From assembly GCA_035221665.1 (NCBI GenBank), contig CM069153.1:40920001-40984000 (forward strand): a DNA stretch of 64,000 nt, in the 5' to 3' direction. Positions within the stretch are counted from its first letter, which is position 1; each line of letters starts with the position of its first letter. The translations under genes were made by a program, and so were the position numbers. Origin of the DNA: Okamejei kenojei (taxonomy: Eukaryota). This document shows positions 61,061-64,000 of the stretch, one piece after another. Below the pieces are notes generated by a model, which worked only from the letters and a program-made list of their open reading frames with translations, had not been told where the DNA came from and searched no databases.

Positions 61061-61862
61061 GTAAAGAAACTCAGGAAGTACATTTTCTGTACCCTTTGTT
61101 TCTGTTAACATTTTAAAATTATTTACTAAGATTTGGCCATCCTTGATGTTCTCTTGGCCATCAGTTTAGGATGTAACCTATAGGTTAGAAATCGTTAGTC
61201 GTTTGTCTCTTTCTTTGCTGTATATTAATTTCAGGCCTTGGGCTGCTTCATAATGAAGCCACTACAAAGTAACTAAAAAGGCACATGTAGAAACAGCTGC
61301 TTTGCCTGTGTAGAGTGTCTAGATGAACTGTTGCCAGTTCTATTGACAGAAGCATATTGGGCTGACACCTGCCTGGTAATTCCCAATATAGTTCTTGTTT
61401 TCATAACAGCCCATTAGATTCCCGCCTCTTTCATGGTAGCATTTAATCGATTTTCCCTGTAATCCTACAATTTATTCTCTTTCAAACATGTCCATCAACC
61501 CTGCTTTGACTTTTTGTGCGAATAATCTACTGACGATGGGTCATTATTACCCCATTATTTTGCCAATAATGTAGCGATTTACAATGACCAATATCACCCT
61601 CATGGACATTAATATTCTGAATTGTCACATTATTGGCACAAGATTAGAAAAACGTTAATTCTGTTTGATCATTTGAATATCCAGCAAGATTTTCGACACA
61701 ATTAGAAGTATTTCTTTCTTTGGAAATTAAGTAACTTAACATTATGCTATAATCTTCATATATTTTCAATAGATGAGGCATTGATTATAGAGTTTTTTTC
61801 AAAGCATTTAATTTTCTTGTAGAGAAATGCTGAAATATGTAAACATTTTCTCTTTAATGCAG

Positions 61863-62026
61863 GAATGGGGATTTTCAGCTTTGCCAGATACGATGATGAT
61901 TTTTACACCATGAATTATAAGGGAAAGCTGAAGGTAAAGCAGTCTGTAGCTTTTGATGATTATTCAGTCTTTGATGCATACTACACACCATCCATAACAA
62001 GCAAGTTGTTGCTAAGATCATGCAAG
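61863..62026 (+). CDS. AMZ2: Archaemetzincin-2 coding exon (164 nt)
   Basis: tgcAG|GA...AAG|GTAAGT. MGIFSFARYDDDFY...YYTPSITSKLLLRSCK. The next exon (TLTHEIGH zinc motif) lies outside the window. Confidence 0.96.
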
Positions 62027-63212
62027 GTAAGTGTGTATAAAATAAGTCAAAATAAATAAAAACAGTAGTAGTCCACTTGACCCCTTGCACCCGGTCCACC
62101 ATTAAATAAGCCCACGGATGATCTCTGTCATCTCATCTCAATATTTCCTGATGTCTAAAAATCTATTGATCTCTCTGACGAGCTTATGTGAAATTAGAAA
62201 TACAGATTTTGTGGATGTTTTAAATCACAGAAGAATTGTACTCCCTCATAGTTAAGTCAGCTTAACCTAATTAGAATCAGTTCATTGTCAATGAGAACGT
62301 ATTTAGGCGAGTGAAAGCTACTTTGGATCCAGGTTTAGCTAAATGAGTAAATCTGATCCTTAAGACATTATTATAAATATGAAATACTCAAAAATATTAA
62401 TGTTGATCTTTGTTGAAGCTTACGGACTAATAATTATGTAAAATAATTTAAACTTCTCTTTAAGTATTGATTTCATGCAAAATACCATTCAAAAGTCTTA
62501 GCTTAACTAAGTGGCTGTAATACATGTGTATTTTCTGGATGACTCATAGGATATTTAGGATATTTAAACATCAATCAACCATTGTCCTTAATTAATGTAC
62601 ACAAAAATGTAGTCCAAGGATTGTATTGTAATTAGGAGTGAGAACCTTGGGAAATGTAAGCATTTCCCCCTCCTAATTGACAAATATTGAAGCAAATTGT
62701 AACGTATCTGACACAGCCTTGTCTAAGATGGTTTGTAATGCTCATCTCCTCCAAAATTTATTTCTGTGAATCTCAAGAGTCATTCTCATGTAACAACGGA
62801 ATAATTAAATTCTAACTTGTAGCATACCTGTAAACACAATACAATAAATTCAATAAATAAACACAATTCAACAAATTCAATAAATTAACTTTAATACAAG
62901 TACAAAAAACAAAGTGTATGGTGCAATCAAAGACACAGTCCATAGAAGTTAATATTTGTTAAGGTTAGTGGTGTGTAATGTTCAACAACCTGATGGATGC
63001 TGCGAAGAAGCTATTCTTGAACTAGGTGGTCACGGTTTTCAGGCTCCTGTACCCTCTTCCTGATGGTAGGAGTGAGATGAGATTGAGGCCAGGGTAGCGT
63101 GGGTCTTGGATAATATTGGCTGTCTTTGATGAAGTGTTGTTGCCAATTCACGCTGATTGTGGTAAGCAGATGAGGAAGTCGATGAACCAGTTACACAGGG
63201 ATGTGCCGAGAC

Positions 63213-64000
63213 CCATATAACCATATAACAATTACAGCACGGAAACAGGCCCTCTCGGCCCTTCCAGTCCGTGCCGACCATTTGTTTTCCCCTAGTCCCA
63301 TCTACCTGCACTCAGACCATACCCCTCCATTCCCTTCACGTCCATATACCTATCCACTTTACTCTTAAATGTTAAAATCGATCCTGCCTCCACCACTTCT
63401 GCTGGATGCTCATTCCACACAGCCACCACCCTCTGAGTAAAGAAGTTCCCCCTCACGTTACCCCGAAACTTCTGTCCCTTAATTCTCATGTCATGCCCTC
63501 TTGTTTGAATCTTCCCTACCCTCAATGGGAAAAACTTATCCACGTCAACTCTGTCTATCCCTTTCATCATTTTAAAGATCTCAATCAAGTCCCCCCTTAA
63601 CCTTCTGCGCTCCAAAGAATAAAGACCTAATTTGTTCAACCTTTCTCTGTAACAGAGTTGCTGGAACCCTGGCAACATTCTAGTAAATCTCCTCTGTACT
63701 CTCTCTATTTTGTTGACTTCCTTCTTATAACTAGACGACCAAAATTGTACACCATACTCCTGAATTGGTCTTACCAATGCCTTGTACAATTTTAACATTA
63801 CTTCCCTACTCCTATATTCAATGCTCTGATTTATAAAGGCCAGCACACCAAAGGCTTTCTTTACCACCCTATCTACATGCGATTCCACCTTCAGGGAACT
63901 ATGCACAGTTATTCCTAGATCCCTCTGTTCCACAGCATTCCTCAATTCCCTACCATTTACCATGTACGTCCTATTTTGATTTGTCCTGCCAAGATGTAGC
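63213..64000 (-). mobile_element. Young CR1 LINE (same family), runs off the window
   Basis: ORF 63292-63963 is nearly identical to the C-terminal part of 7410-8606; same tail. Confidence 0.97.

Overview
Eukaryotic genomic DNA, most likely a cartilaginous fish (skate/ray-like), judged from HE1-like SINEs, CR1, Rex/Babar and Penelope repeats. Two protein-coding genes lie in tandem on the + strand. The first is the 3' half of GNA13: a long intron filling 1-35111, a 51-nt exon, the last coding exon 41914-42486 and a long repeat-poor putative 3' UTR. The second is the 5' part of AMZ2 (archaemetzincin-2): a CpG-rich promoter near 53.0-53.6 kb and four coding exons 56501-62026, with the HExxH exon beyond the window. 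The rest is dense, often nested, transposon sequence. Highlights: (1) a 1006-bp TIR element with an AT target duplication that encloses a ZFP36/TTP-family gene fragment (Pack-TIR-like); (2) three 20-37 bp hAT-like micro-elements with 8-bp TSDs clustered at the AMZ2 promoter; (3) two head-to-tail Helitrons carrying internal satellites and CRE palindromes; (4) Penelope-derived elements with minimal hammerhead ribozyme cores, one folded into a near-perfect palindrome; (5) a 7-bp-TSD hAT-like element in AMZ2 intron 1; (6) a possible in-frame upstream ATG exon for AMZ2. All calls come from reading the sequence and recalling family consensus; no searches were run, and old-repeat boundaries are approximate.
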